NCBI GenBank assembly: GCA_938023515.1
Contig: CALJDR010000052.1
Coordinates: 6,615 to 70,614 of the forward strand
Direction of reading: 5' to 3'
Source: an uncultured Flavobacteriales bacterium
GTDB taxonomy: Bacteria > Bacteroidota > Bacteroidia > Flavobacteriales > UBA1820
DNA: 64,000 nt
The notes under the pieces: model-generated
What the model was told of the DNA's origin: nothing
Seen by the model: only the letters and a program-made list of their open reading frames with translations
Databases searched by the model: none
Position numbers and translations under genes: made by a program
Part shown: piece after piece, positions 16,526-25,496 of the stretch
Layout: the number at the start of each line of letters is the position of its first letter
Position numbering within the stretch: the stretch's first letter is position 1

Positions 16526-16888
16526 ATCTTATTCTTTTTTAATCGGTTATTTAGAATTTCCCTTACACCATTTTACCTCCTAAAGATAGAAAGAAATCGC
16601 TCCTCCGGAAAGATTTCCGCCCTGTAATACGCTCTTGACGGATCACGTTTTCCTATAGTATATTCTTAAATTTAACACGTATTATCTTTCCAATATTTAA
16701 CAAAGGTTGTATATTGCCGGAGCAAACGGCTGTATTTTCAACGCTATATCGCTCAACTATACCAATAACTACTAAAACCTACCCATAGACGGGATCGCCC
16801 GGGACAGGATACTTCTATACCGACACTTTCCTTACAGCCATTTGCAGAATAATTTATCATTAAAACATCACTAAAAACGTTCTTTATC

Positions 16889-17335
16889 ATGAAAAAATTG
16901 CTTTTCCTGCCGCTGGCAGCCCTATTATGTTTCGGATGTTCCAAAGATGCCCTGCAAAGCGACGTGCCGGATATTGCCAAACAGGAGGCACAAGCCCAAG
17001 AATACATAGAAGTCGCATTCAACAACTATGTTTCGGGTGGCCTGACCAACAATTCCTCTGTCGAGTACGTGGATGAATACGGGCAGCGCCAGACATTGTA
17101 TCCCACCCAATTGACCACTTACATCAACGTGTCGAAAACAGGCTATATAGCCGTGAATATTTTCGTCAACGCTCCGGGTGGGGCCTACCAGACTATAAAC
17201 ACCTTTATATCGGCCAGCAATGGTTTTTACCAGGACTTTACAGGCGTCAATCCTATAACCGGGGGTGCCACGATCGACATGGCCGGTATATCCGAAGACC
17301 GGCTGACGGTGACTCTTCAGGCTGAGCTGGAGTAA
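16889..17335 (+). CDS. Small lipoprotein, family member a (paralog of 20756-21265)
   Basis: MKKLLFLPLAALLCFGCSK is near-identical to the signal peptide of 20756. The shared core is Y(V/I)(E/D)Y(V/T)D..G..Q(T/S). Confidence 0.6.
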   Translation: MKKLLFLPLAALLCFGCSKDALQSDVPDIAKQEAQAQEYIEVAFNNYVSGGLTNNSSVEYVDEYGQRQTLYPTQLTTYINVSKTGYIAVNIFVNAPGGAYQTINTFISASNGFYQDFTGVNPITGGATIDMAGISEDRLTVTLQAELE

Positions 17336-17342
17336 AATCACA

Positions 17343-17367
17343 ATCTGTCATCGACAGATCCCTTTTT
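17343..17367 (+). terminator. Rho-independent terminator
   Basis: ATCTGTC / GACAGAT stem followed by T5. Confidence 0.5.
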
Positions 17368-17387
17368 AAAGATCTGTCAGTAATATT

Positions 17388-17419
17388 CGGTTTCCGTGCC
17401 AAGCACGGAAACCGTTTTT
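17388..17419 (+). terminator. Strong hairpin with T-run
   Basis: CGGTTTCCGTGC / GCACGGAAACCG 12-bp stem followed by T5. A third perfect hairpin follows at 17420-17443. Confidence 0.55.
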
Positions 17420-17530
17420 AGTACAACTCCCAGGAGTTGTACTCTATTTATCCGGGTAGAAAATATACAGAACATCACAAAACCATAGCCTCCTTCTTTG
17501 CTTTAGCTGGATATCGATTCTAAAATAGGT

Positions 17531-18277
17531 TTATGGCTTGAAATTAATCCCGGCCTTACGTGCCTGGGAGTGCTGCAGGCAGCGAATTATACTGTACATT
17601 TTTCCGTCTTTAATAAACCGGGCTCCGGTTTGCTTGAACCAGAACGAAACATTCTGCTCCACACAAAGGTCGTGCAGCGCCATCACCCAGTTGAAATCAC
17701 AGGGGCGAGCCTCGTGCCCCGATTCCCCGCCGGCAACGAGTTGTTCCGCCCATAAGCCGATTTGGTAGGCAGACAGATCGACGCGTTCCAGGAGCGGTTC
17801 GCAGATAATGATCTTGTGTTTTATCGGTGCGGCCTTGTAGAGAGGCAGCCGGTAATCCGCCCTGTCCTGGTTTTCGACCGTACAGCAAATGGTCACATTT
17901 TCATAGCCATCGTCCCAATCATCGGGCAGCGATTCATAAAACCGGTCGATCCGCTTGGTGATCATGAAAAACCGTAAATCGCTGCGCCGGCGTATCATTT
18001 CCCAGGCTTCCACCCGCCACGGATCGGCATCCTCTACAAAGAAATCGGAGGTAAAACAGGTGTAGACCATCGTACCCGGCGGTATCTTGTATTCCCCGTT
18101 CCGTTTTTTCCGGAGCGGCAGATCGAAGCTCTTGGTTTTGGTGATCACCTGACTGTCAACGCCCCGCCTGGAATCCCCCCGATACACGTAGCAATGCTTG
18201 CACCCGGGACTCAGTTTATGACAACCGTGCCACAGGTTCCACATCATGGATTTTCGTTCGATCGCGTTAACGGCCAT
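17531..18277 (-). CDS. Phage Gp37/Gp68 family protein (DUF5131)
   Basis: N-terminal WNLWHGCHKLSPGCKHCY matches the family signature WNPWxGCxxxSxGCxxCY. Confidence 0.7.
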   Translation of the reverse strand: MAVNAIERKSMMWNLWHGCHKLSPGCKHCYVYRGDSRRGVDSQVITKTKSFDLPLRKKRNGEYKIPPGTMVYTCFTSDFFVEDADPWRVEAWEMIRRRSDLRFFMITKRIDRFYESLPDDWDDGYENVTICCTVENQDRADYRLPLYKAAPIKHKIIICEPLLERVDLSAYQIGLWAEQLVAGGESGHEARPCDFNWVMALHDLCVEQNVSFWFKQTGARFIKDGKMYSIIRCLQHSQARKAGINFKP

Positions 18278-18301
18278 TTATCGCATTTTACCGGAGGATG
18301 A

Positions 18302-18309
18302 CAAAGATA
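18302..18309 (-). promoter_or_regulatory. -7 promoter box TATCTTTG
   Basis: Reverse complement of CAAAGATA, 25 nt upstream of the 18277 start. Confidence 0.4.
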
Positions 18310-18468
18310 CGAAAAGAGCGAATTCAAACCTGTCTGAAAAATAGTCAATAGCCGTCCTGTAATGGATAAACACAATGAAAAATCGGCAGAAAATGTTCCG
18401 GGAAAATGAATGAAAAGGAAAAAGCAGCCTTTTCCCGGAAAATATTGTGTTAATGCCGCGGGGTTGTG

Positions 18469-18476
18469 TATATTTG
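18469..18476 (+). promoter_or_regulatory. -7 promoter box TATATTTG
   Basis: Exact TAnnTTTG, 35 nt upstream of the ATG at 18511. Confidence 0.45.
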
Positions 18477-18510
18477 TTCAGATAGAAAATCTTCGGAATA
18501 TCACAGGGTT

Positions 18511-19461
18511 ATGAGTAGGCGTATGTCATTTAAAAAAGCGTTTGGGAACATTCGGATGCTCTCGGTGATAATCATCGTTTTTGGTATGGCAGTCTCTTGT
18601 CGGGAAAACCGCCTGGCCGCTCCGGACCCCATTACCGGGAAACGCCAGGGGGATAAGTACTACGTTACCAACGGGCAGGTGCGCCTGGGAGTGGACTTGG
18701 CGCGGGGCGGAAGCATCTTTTATTTCTCCGGTGCCGCCGGGCAGAACCTGCTGAACCATGCCGACGAAGGCCGTTTTATCCAACAATCCTATTATGGCGA
18801 ACCCGACGGCAGCAACTGGCATGGAAAGCCCTGGGTATGGAATCCTATCCAAGGTGGAGGAAGTAACGGCGAAAAGGCCCGCATCCTTTCTTTCGGAATA
18901 GAGAACGATACGCTGCGCATTGTTTCGGAGCCTGTGCATTGGGCTTCGGGCCAGCCGGTGACCGAAGCGGAAATGGAAGCCCGGATCACGATGAAAGGCG
19001 ATGTCGTTCATATCCGTTATACGCTGCGCAATACCGGGGAAGGGGCATCAGACCATCCGGCAGCCCATCAAGAACTCCCGGCCGTATTTGTGGACTTTGA
19101 CCTGCCTTATATGGTGTATTACGGCGGTGAAAAGCCTTGGACGGGGGATACGCTGACCCACGTAGTACCCGGTTGGCCGAACGAAGAACATACCCGCACG
19201 GAAGAATGGGGCGCTTATACCGACAGCACAGGCTGGGGGATAGGTGTTTATACGCCCGGAACGCCTCTGTGTACCGCTTACCGGTTTGCGGGGGACGGAG
19301 TGGGCGGCCCGGACGGGGGCGCCTGTTCCTATTTTTCCCCGGTGCGTATGTTCGCCGTACTCAAGGATATGACTTTCCGGTACGATGTGTATCTGTCCGA
19401 AGGGAAGGTGGAGGATATGCGCGCGGCGTTCGATTCGATCCGCACGGAAAGTTCCCGATGA
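18511..19461 (+). CDS. Putative lipoprotein, function unknown
   Basis: Start chosen downstream of the -7 box. The signal is MSRRMSFKKAFGNIRMLSVIIIVFGMAVSC. Confidence 0.55.
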   Translation: MSRRMSFKKAFGNIRMLSVIIIVFGMAVSCRENRLAAPDPITGKRQGDKYYVTNGQVRLGVDLARGGSIFYFSGAAGQNLLNHADEGRFIQQSYYGEPDGSNWHGKPWVWNPIQGGGSNGEKARILSFGIENDTLRIVSEPVHWASGQPVTEAEMEARITMKGDVVHIRYTLRNTGEGASDHPAAHQELPAVFVDFDLPYMVYYGGEKPWTGDTLTHVVPGWPNEEHTRTEEWGAYTDSTGWGIGVYTPGTPLCTAYRFAGDGVGGPDGGACSYFSPVRMFAVLKDMTFRYDVYLSEGKVEDMRAAFDSIRTESSR

Positions 19462-19510
19462 ATGCGCAGTATAAGCTTCTGACTAAAAAACCAATCAATA
19501 CTCAACTACC

Positions 19511-20620
19511 ATGAAACACACCTTATCCATTATTCTGGCGGTGGTGTTGCTGGCGGGCGTTTCCGTCCCCGGCATCTGCAAAGACCGCAAAAAATCCGAA
19601 CCCGGACAGAAGATCGCGCTCGGCGTCTGGGACGACGTGAACAAAAAAGCGACGGTCGAAGAGATCGTCGAGTGGATGAAGCCTTTCGACGAGGCCGGCA
19701 TCAAGAACTATTACATGTGCGGCACCCCCGAGGAAACGGCCCGCTATATCGAAGCGGCTAAAAAGTACAAAGGAGCTAAAGTGCATGCCTGGATGTTCTC
19801 AATGAACGCTCCGGGCGACAGTGTGGCCTATCAGCATCCCGAATGGTTCGACGTCAACAGACTGGGGTATAACAGCCTGGAGTACGATCCCTATGTGAAG
19901 CATTACAAATGGCTCAGCCCCGCTTCCCCGGGTGCACGCCAGCATGTAAAGGACAAGGCGGCTTCGTTCGCGGCACTGGATGGGTTGGCTTCCGTGCATC
20001 TGGATTTTATCCGCTACAACGATGCAATACTGGGCCGCAAACTGCAGCGGGATAAATTCAAGTTCGAACAGGACGGTTACCGGGCCGAATACGATTTCGG
20101 ATACCATCCGATAGCGATCGAACAGTTCAAGGAAATCTTCGGGTACTCCCCATTGGATCTCAAACAGCCCTGGCTCAGCCCGGAATGGCTTCAGTTCCGC
20201 CTGAACGAGATATCCTCGCTGGTCAACGAGATCGTTGCCGAGACCCACGCCAAAGGGAAAGAAGTATCGGCTGCCGTATTCCCCTATCCTACCCGCGCCC
20301 GGATGACGGTTTACCAGGACTGGCCAGCCTGGGATATAGATATTGTCTGCCCGATGAATTACAATTCCTTCTATCTCGAAGGAGTGGACTGGATCGGATT
20401 CAGTGTAGAGAACGGAATTCGCGAGACACAGGGCAAAAACATGTACGTATCCGGTCTGTTCGTGCCCGACCTGACCAAGGACGAGCTGTACCGTGCGGCC
20501 AAACTCTCGATCGAAAAAGGAGCCAAAGGGGTGAATTATTTCAATGCCCGCTCGCTCCTCCGCGGAGATAAGCTGGAAGCTGTAAAACGGATCAACCAGG
20601 AATATAATCTGGCGAAATAA
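19511..20620 (+). CDS. Secreted glycoside-hydrolase-like protein (GHL10/YngK-like TIM barrel), tentative
   Basis: Signal peptide present. VHAWMF and HLDFIRYND resemble GHL10 motifs. Confidence 0.45.
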   Translation: MKHTLSIILAVVLLAGVSVPGICKDRKKSEPGQKIALGVWDDVNKKATVEEIVEWMKPFDEAGIKNYYMCGTPEETARYIEAAKKYKGAKVHAWMFSMNAPGDSVAYQHPEWFDVNRLGYNSLEYDPYVKHYKWLSPASPGARQHVKDKAASFAALDGLASVHLDFIRYNDAILGRKLQRDKFKFEQDGYRAEYDFGYHPIAIEQFKEIFGYSPLDLKQPWLSPEWLQFRLNEISSLVNEIVAETHAKGKEVSAAVFPYPTRARMTVYQDWPAWDIDIVCPMNYNSFYLEGVDWIGFSVENGIRETQGKNMYVSGLFVPDLTKDELYRAAKLSIEKGAKGVNYFNARSLLRGDKLEAVKRINQEYNLAK

Positions 20621-20638
20621 AATCCCTCTATTTTACCG

Positions 20639-20667
20639 ATCCCGCAGGAAATCCTGCGGGATTTTTT
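20639..20667 (+). terminator. Rho-independent terminator
   Basis: ATCCCGCAGGA / TCCTGCGGGAT stem followed by T6. Confidence 0.7.
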
Positions 20668-20755
20668 ATGACCCACCTATAAAAAAGTATTATTTTATTT
20701 GTTAATTAAAGATTAAATTCTTTAATTAGCCAGACTAACAAATACTTATAACATC

Positions 20756-21265
20756 ATGAAGAAATTGCTTTTCTTGCCATTGGCGGCTATGCTGTGCTTT
20801 GGCTGCTCTAAATCCGGATCGGAAGGGGATTTAACCCTGCAAAAAACGAACACAGCCCAAACGGACGTAATAGCCATCTCCAATATGATTGACCGTACTA
20901 CGTTGTACAGTGATTCATACGTCGATTATACGGATGCAAACGGACGGATTCAAACAGTTTGCCTCAATGATGGTTTGTCGCCGGATATTGAAATTCTGTC
21001 GGGATCATCTATAACATTTCGCTTGGTTCTTTGGCAGCTTAATGAAGGAAAATTGTATTGCGCGATCAGAAATGAAACTTATGTAGATGATGAATGCAAT
21101 TTGGGGAGCGGCGGCGTATATGAAAACCTGACGACTTTTTCCCAGATCAGGAAAGAGGTCGTGATAAAAAAACCGTGGGGACAAATCAGTATCTGGGCCA
21201 GTATGGAGGATTTTTCGGAAGGTGCATTGGATTCGGGAGCGTATTGCAGATGTCCGAATGATTAA
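20756..21265 (+). CDS. Small lipoprotein, family member b
   Basis: Signal peptide MKKLLFLPLAAMLCFGCSK and core SYVDYTDANGRIQTV. Confidence 0.6.
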   Translation: MKKLLFLPLAAMLCFGCSKSGSEGDLTLQKTNTAQTDVIAISNMIDRTTLYSDSYVDYTDANGRIQTVCLNDGLSPDIEILSGSSITFRLVLWQLNEGKLYCAIRNETYVDDECNLGSGGVYENLTTFSQIRKEVVIKKPWGQISIWASMEDFSEGALDSGAYCRCPND

Positions 21266-21287
21266 CCGGAATAATTGATTATGTTTC

Positions 21288-21318
21288 TGCTGCCGGGGAA
21301 TACCCGGCAGCATTTTTT
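21288..21318 (+). terminator. Rho-independent terminator
   Basis: TGCTGCCGGG / CCCGGCAGCA stem followed by T6. Confidence 0.65.
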
Positions 21319-21386
21319 AATGCCTTCTAAAAAATCATTACTATTTTATTTATTATTCATAGGTTTATTCTGTAATTAGCGAGGTC

Positions 21387-21780
21387 GGAAAACTGCTTTT
21401 ATTGCCATTGATAGCATTACTATGCTTCGGCTGTTCGAAAGATGCCTCCTGGCAGACAAATCCAACACGGTCGATATGACCGAATTAAAAGACCCCGGGA
21501 ATGAACACATAATCCCATATGGTTCAATTATAGGGTAGATGCTTGGGACTTTACAAACGATTCCTACATCGAATATACGGACGAATACGGAAACCTACAA
21601 TCCGTTCCCTGGACGACTACGATCGAAGCGAATCTGAAACCAGGGACAACCGCCTCTTTGCATATCGATATAAAACATCTCAATGGCCGCCGCAACAAGG
21701 TCTATTGCGCTGTAAGGACATTCTGGGATGAAAATGCGGATAATGTGCGTCCGGAAGGAGGGTATTGCGATTCAAATTAA
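21387..21780 (+). pseudogene. Decayed third copy of the small lipoprotein family
   Basis: The region reads (no ATG) KLLLLPLIALLCFGCSKDASWQTNPTRSI-stop. In another frame, 21505-21780 reads ...WDFTNDSYIEYTDEYGNLQSVPW...VYCAVRTFWDENAD...YCDSN-stop. The upstream AT-rich leader also resembles that of 20756. Confidence 0.6.
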
Positions 21781-21786
21781 GTAAAT

Positions 21787-21826
21787 GAAAAAACCTCCCC
21801 GCTGGATTTCAGCCGGGGAGGTTTTT
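21787..21826. terminator. Bidirectional terminator (A-run, hairpin, T-run)
   Basis: CCTCCCCG..CCGGGGAGG stem flanked by A6 and T6, between convergent genes. Confidence 0.65.
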
Positions 21827-21847
21827 TATAATTAGAGAACGTAAATA

Positions 21848-22753
21848 TTACCACAAAGGAGTTGGGTAAATCCCGTTTTCCACCATCTTTGCAATGGCAT
21901 TTATCACCCCGGGACGATCTTCGGGGTAGGTAACTCCATACCATTGCTCTTCGGTTTTGAGAACTTTTACCCGGGAATGCCCTTTCTGTACCAGGTCGTT
22001 GAGCACAGTCGGGAGATAAAATTCTTTTTTCAGTTCCTGGCTGCTCTCCGCCAGGAATTCACGCAGTCCTTTATCAAAACAGCCCACGGCCGCCGAAGTG
22101 AAGCCCATCATGTTCATGGATACCACTTCATGGCCCGTAAGGGGATATTCGATGTCGTTTTCCAGATAAACGACCCCATTGGGCGTGCTGTATATTTTTG
22201 TGCGTTCCGTGATGCTGCACAGGGTATGGTGCTGGCAGTCGATCTCGCACACCCCCCGGGATACGGTGCCGTTTTCCGACAAGGTGTTCGTTAGCTTGTA
22301 ACCTACCATCATTTGTTCGCCAAGGCTGCTGTCGTCCAGGGTCGACAAGTAATCGGCCATCAGCCGGAAAGAGGAAGGCCCGTAAAAATCGTCGGCATTT
22401 ATCACGGCGAAGGGCTCGGTCAGCTCTTTAGAGGCGCACCATACCGCGTGTCCGGTGCCCAGCGGTTTTTTACGTTCTGGATTTAGAGTAAAGCCTTCGG
22501 GGATGTTCTCCAAACCCTGATAGACCAGGCGGACATCGATGCGACTTTTGTACTTGTCGGAGATGCGCTCCCGGAAATCATCGGCAAAGTCTTTCCGGAT
22601 GACAAAGACCACCTTGCCGAATCCGGCACGTACGGCATCGAATACCGAATAATCGATGATGGTCTCTCCGGAAGGCCCGAAGCCTTCCATCTGCTTGAGA
22701 CCGCCGTAGCGGCTTCCCAAACCGGCAGCCAAAACTAATAACGTGGGTTTCAT
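21848..22753 (-). CDS. Sugar-phosphate nucleotidyltransferase family protein
   Basis: N-terminal LAAGLGSRYGGLKQ (G-x-G-x-R NTP-transferase loop). Confidence 0.7.
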   Translation of the reverse strand: MKPTLLVLAAGLGSRYGGLKQMEGFGPSGETIIDYSVFDAVRAGFGKVVFVIRKDFADDFRERISDKYKSRIDVRLVYQGLENIPEGFTLNPERKKPLGTGHAVWCASKELTEPFAVINADDFYGPSSFRLMADYLSTLDDSSLGEQMMVGYKLTNTLSENGTVSRGVCEIDCQHHTLCSITERTKIYSTPNGVVYLENDIEYPLTGHEVVSMNMMGFTSAAVGCFDKGLREFLAESSQELKKEFYLPTVLNDLVQKGHSRVKVLKTEEQWYGVTYPEDRPGVINAIAKMVENGIYPTPLW

Positions 22754-22768
22754 TTCGTCGATATCAAT

Positions 22769-23827
22769 TTATATTTTATAGTCGTATGCAAATACCTGCT
22801 CGAAATCCTGCGACGAATCATAGCAGAATATCCTGCCGTGAGGTTCGTCTACCAAAAAACGGCTGAAAGCGCGGCCCAGGTCGAATTTTTTGACCGGGTT
22901 ACCCTCCCAATCGTACACCTCCACATAGCTTTTCAGGAGTTTCCGTCCGTCCTTTTCTTTGCGGTAGTCCCCGCTCAGAACGTATATATAGTTTTCTGTT
23001 CCCTGTATGCCGTAATAAGCTTCGCCCCTTTGTGTATTCTCCAGATCCATGGCGTTGATCTGCTCCGAAGTGCTGGGGTCGCCAAAAGACTGCTTGAGCG
23101 TAATCTTTCCCTCGGGGGAGATATCGTATACGTCCGTGCGGCGCACATCACCGTATAGCATCACCAGGCGGCCGTTATTGTAAACGAACTGGGGATCGTT
23201 GTAATACCGTCCGGAAACCCTAAAGCCTCCGTTTTCAAAATGGGAGACTTTCAAGCTCTTAAAATAGGTAAGAGGGACAAGGGAGTCGATCGTAGGATTG
23301 TCGCCGGTTGTTGCGATAGTCCGGTATTGTCCCTTGAAAAATTCTCCGGAAAAATCGGCAGTCGTTTGAAAAGCAATACTATCGTTGACGTAAAAGAGAA
23401 TATTATACAATTTACCCCTCTGTTTTCCGGTTTTTTGTGCGTTTTGATCGCCGATATGATAGCCATATTGGGTTCCCTTAGCCATATCTTCCAGGTAAAG
23501 CGGTGAGGAGGCAACATCCTGTGTCCTTAGGTAGGGATAGGAAAAATCGTCAGGCCCTTCGCCTTTGGCACCGAAAGAGTAAAGGTACTTAAAATCGGGC
23601 AGGCGGTACACGAAAAAAGCACTGTCGGTCTTTTGGGAAAGAATGAGCGCTTTATCTCCTGCAATACGCCATATCTGCGGGGCAAGTATTTCGTTAACGG
23701 CAATGCTGTCCGGCGCGTCGAGGCCTGCCGGAAGGGCAAATGTATCCTTTGCGGTTTTATCGGCCCCGCAGGCGGTAAAAATGGCCGTTATGCAAAGGAG
23801 CGGGAAAAGTAGCGCGATTTTTTTCAT
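22769..23827 (-). CDS. Beta-propeller-type lipoprotein, paralog 2 of 3
   Basis: Lipobox is LLCITAIFTAC. Shared motifs are FFVYRLPDFKYLYSFGAKGEGPDDF and VEVYDWEGNPVKKFDLG ... FAYDYKI. Confidence 0.65.
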   Translation of the reverse strand: MKKIALLFPLLCITAIFTACGADKTAKDTFALPAGLDAPDSIAVNEILAPQIWRIAGDKALILSQKTDSAFFVYRLPDFKYLYSFGAKGEGPDDFSYPYLRTQDVASSPLYLEDMAKGTQYGYHIGDQNAQKTGKQRGKLYNILFYVNDSIAFQTTADFSGEFFKGQYRTIATTGDNPTIDSLVPLTYFKSLKVSHFENGGFRVSGRYYNDPQFVYNNGRLVMLYGDVRRTDVYDISPEGKITLKQSFGDPSTSEQINAMDLENTQRGEAYYGIQGTENYIYVLSGDYRKEKDGRKLLKSYVEVYDWEGNPVKKFDLGRAFSRFLVDEPHGRIFCYDSSQDFEQVFAYDYKI

Positions 23828-23846
23828 CGGATATGTAGTTGTGAGA

Positions 23847-24182
23847 TCAATTCTTCCGTTTTTTGGCGTGTTTGCTCCGCACCAGATCGTAAGAATCCTT
23901 GATCCATGCCCGAAGGAGTTCGCCCCGGACTTTCGGCGCGTCGATCCCGTTCCAGTGTTTTTTGTTGAAATGATAGGCGGGAGTTACCTCTTCGTACTGC
24001 TCGCGCAGTTCCACAGCTTTGTCGGGGTCGCATTTGACAGCCATCCAGGAGGATTCTATGTCTACCAAAGCGAACATACGGCCGTCAGTCTTAAAGACGA
24101 TGTATTCCTCCCCGAAAGGCGTGCACTCCTCCACTTCGGGCCCCAGGGAGAGGCTGTATTCCCGGATTTCCAGCGTATCCAT
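23847..24182 (-). CDS. MmcQ/YjbR family protein
   Basis: MFALVD ... VTPAYHFNKKHWNGI pattern is typical of YjbR. Confidence 0.65.
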   Translation of the reverse strand: MDTLEIREYSLSLGPEVEECTPFGEEYIVFKTDGRMFALVDIESSWMAVKCDPDKAVELREQYEEVTPAYHFNKKHWNGIDAPKVRGELLRAWIKDSYDLVRSKHAKKRKN

Positions 24183-24188
24183 AGCCGG

Positions 24189-24830
24189 TTATTGCAGAGT
24201 GACTTTCCCGAAATATTTCGGCTGGTGGAAACTCGGCTTTTCGGTGTGGATCGGCGCCCAGGTGAGGTAATGCTTTTGTACGGTGTTATCCCCGCATTTG
24301 TAGAAATTGGCGGTAAATTCGCGGCCGCTTTTCAGGAATCCTTCCGGCAGGCATTCGGCCGGGATAAATACGGTAAGTTCCCATTTCCCGCCATTCTTGT
24401 CATCGATCAGCGTACGTTCGGGCAGGGAAGTCTTTATGATGATCTTTTCAAGGTCCTTGTCGTCGAATACGGTCTTTTGTCCTTCGGCGTTCTTAAAGTG
24501 CCACAGGCGGGAGCCGGTGCAGCTCATTTCAAGGTTGAAATAGCTGCTGTCGGACGTAGGGGAATAGAAGAATTCCACGCAACTGTCCTGATAGGCCGGG
24601 GCGTAAAGCGTGGTATGGGAGGAGAGGATATGTTGCTCTTCCACCTGGAAATGGATCAGCAGCCCGTCCGTGTTCCATCCGGCCTGGAAAGTAACAGTGG
24701 GCTTGTAGTCGAACTGTTCCCAGTTGACGATGTTTATAGATTGTACGGGAGCGTTTGCCTTGAGTTCGGCGGTAGCTGCAGGCATATTCAACAGGGAAGA
24801 TGCCAACTGAATGAAGATCATTTCCATCAT
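24189..24830 (-). CDS. Carbohydrate-binding family 9-like (DOMON-like) secreted protein
   Basis: Start chosen at MMEMIFIQLASSLL (signal). SCVEFFYSP and TANFYKCGD...HYLTWAPI resemble CBM9-like domains. Confidence 0.5.
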   Translation of the reverse strand: MMEMIFIQLASSLLNMPAATAELKANAPVQSINIVNWEQFDYKPTVTFQAGWNTDGLLIHFQVEEQHILSSHTTLYAPAYQDSCVEFFYSPTSDSSYFNLEMSCTGSRLWHFKNAEGQKTVFDDKDLEKIIIKTSLPERTLIDDKNGGKWELTVFIPAECLPEGFLKSGREFTANFYKCGDNTVQKHYLTWAPIHTEKPSFHQPKYFGKVTLQ

Positions 24831-24964
24831 AAAATCGTGTTTTTTAGCTCCACAAAAATAGGATATTTTCCGGACACCCGTTCTTTTAAACAGCGCTTTT
24901 TGGGGAAAACCCCGGGTACGGGCACATTTTTGAATTTTTGTTTTGCCAAATGGGAAAATGAGCC

Positions 24965-24972
24965 TATATTTG
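24965..24972 (+). promoter_or_regulatory. -7 promoter box TATATTTG upstream of the tRNA-Ser/Pro cluster
   Basis: Exact TAnnTTTG, 64 nt before tRNA-Ser. Confidence 0.45.
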
Positions 24973-25035
24973 CACTCGCATAAAAGCACAGAACAAGCCC
25001 TTAGGCAAATTTCATAGGTGTTCTTTAAAAAAAAA

Positions 25036-25125
25036 GGTGAGATGGGTGAGTGGCTGAAACCAGCAGTTTGCTAAACTGCCGTGCGGGTAACCGTACCGGG
25101 GGTTCGAATCCCCCTCTCACCGCCA
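25036..25125 (+). tRNA. tRNA-Ser (GCT)
   Basis: Acceptor GGTGAGA/TCTCACC, anticodon loop TTGCTAA, long variable arm, GGTTCGAATCC T-loop, encoded CCA. Confidence 0.9.
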
Positions 25126-25134
25126 TAAGGGCCT

Positions 25135-25209
25135 CGGGGTGTAGCGTAGTCCGGTCATCGCGCCTGCTTTGGGAGCAGGAGGTCACAGGTTCGAATCCTG
25201 TTACCCCGA
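25135..25209 (+). tRNA. tRNA-Pro (TGG)
   Basis: Acceptor CGGGGTG/TACCCCG, anticodon loop TTTGGGA, T-arm ACAGGTTCGAATCCTGT. Confidence 0.9.
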
Positions 25210-25220
25210 CTAAGAGATGG

Positions 25221-25248
25221 AAGCCGCAGGAGTTCAGCGGCTTTTTTC
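25221..25248 (+). terminator. Terminator-like hairpin between tRNA-Pro and tRNA-Arg
   Basis: AAGCCGC / GCGGCTT stem followed by T6. Confidence 0.5.
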
Positions 25249-25253
25249 ATCCG

Positions 25254-25327
25254 GGTCGAGTAGCTCAGCTGGATAGAGCAGCTGATTTCTAATCAGCCGG
25301 TCGTGGGTTCGAACCCCGCCTCGATCA
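25254..25327 (+). tRNA. tRNA-Arg (TCT)
   Basis: Acceptor GGTCGAG/CTCGATC, D-arm GCTCAGCTGGATAGAGC, anticodon loop TTTCTAA, T-arm GTGGGTTCGAACCCCGC. Confidence 0.9.
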
Positions 25328-25360
25328 CAAAAATTTAAATTGCGGCCATGCATTAACTAT

Positions 25361-25392
25361 AAGCCTTTGAATACTGTTTCAAAGGCTTTTTT
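25361..25392 (+). terminator. Rho-independent terminator
   Basis: AAGCCTTTGAA / TTCAAAGGCTT stem followed by T6. Confidence 0.7.
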
Positions 25393-25428
25393 ATTCCAAT
25401 AGCGTTAAAAATCACGGCCGTTTCGGGA

Positions 25429-25444
25429 GCTTTCGCTATATTTG
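25429..25444 (+). promoter_or_regulatory. Promoter-like 16-mer GCTTTCGCTATATTTG, copy 1
   Basis: Exact 16-mer containing TATATTTG. Confidence 0.4.
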
Positions 25445-25496
25445 GATAATATAGGATGCGCCTCGGCTATTCTCAAACAAGTTTGAATAGCGCTCG

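Noticed and set aside
23643-24983. A 446-aa plus-strand ORF lies antisense to the propeller, YjbR and CBM9-like genes.
   Set aside because: It is a shadow ORF opposite three well-supported minus-strand genes, with no motifs and low-complexity composition.
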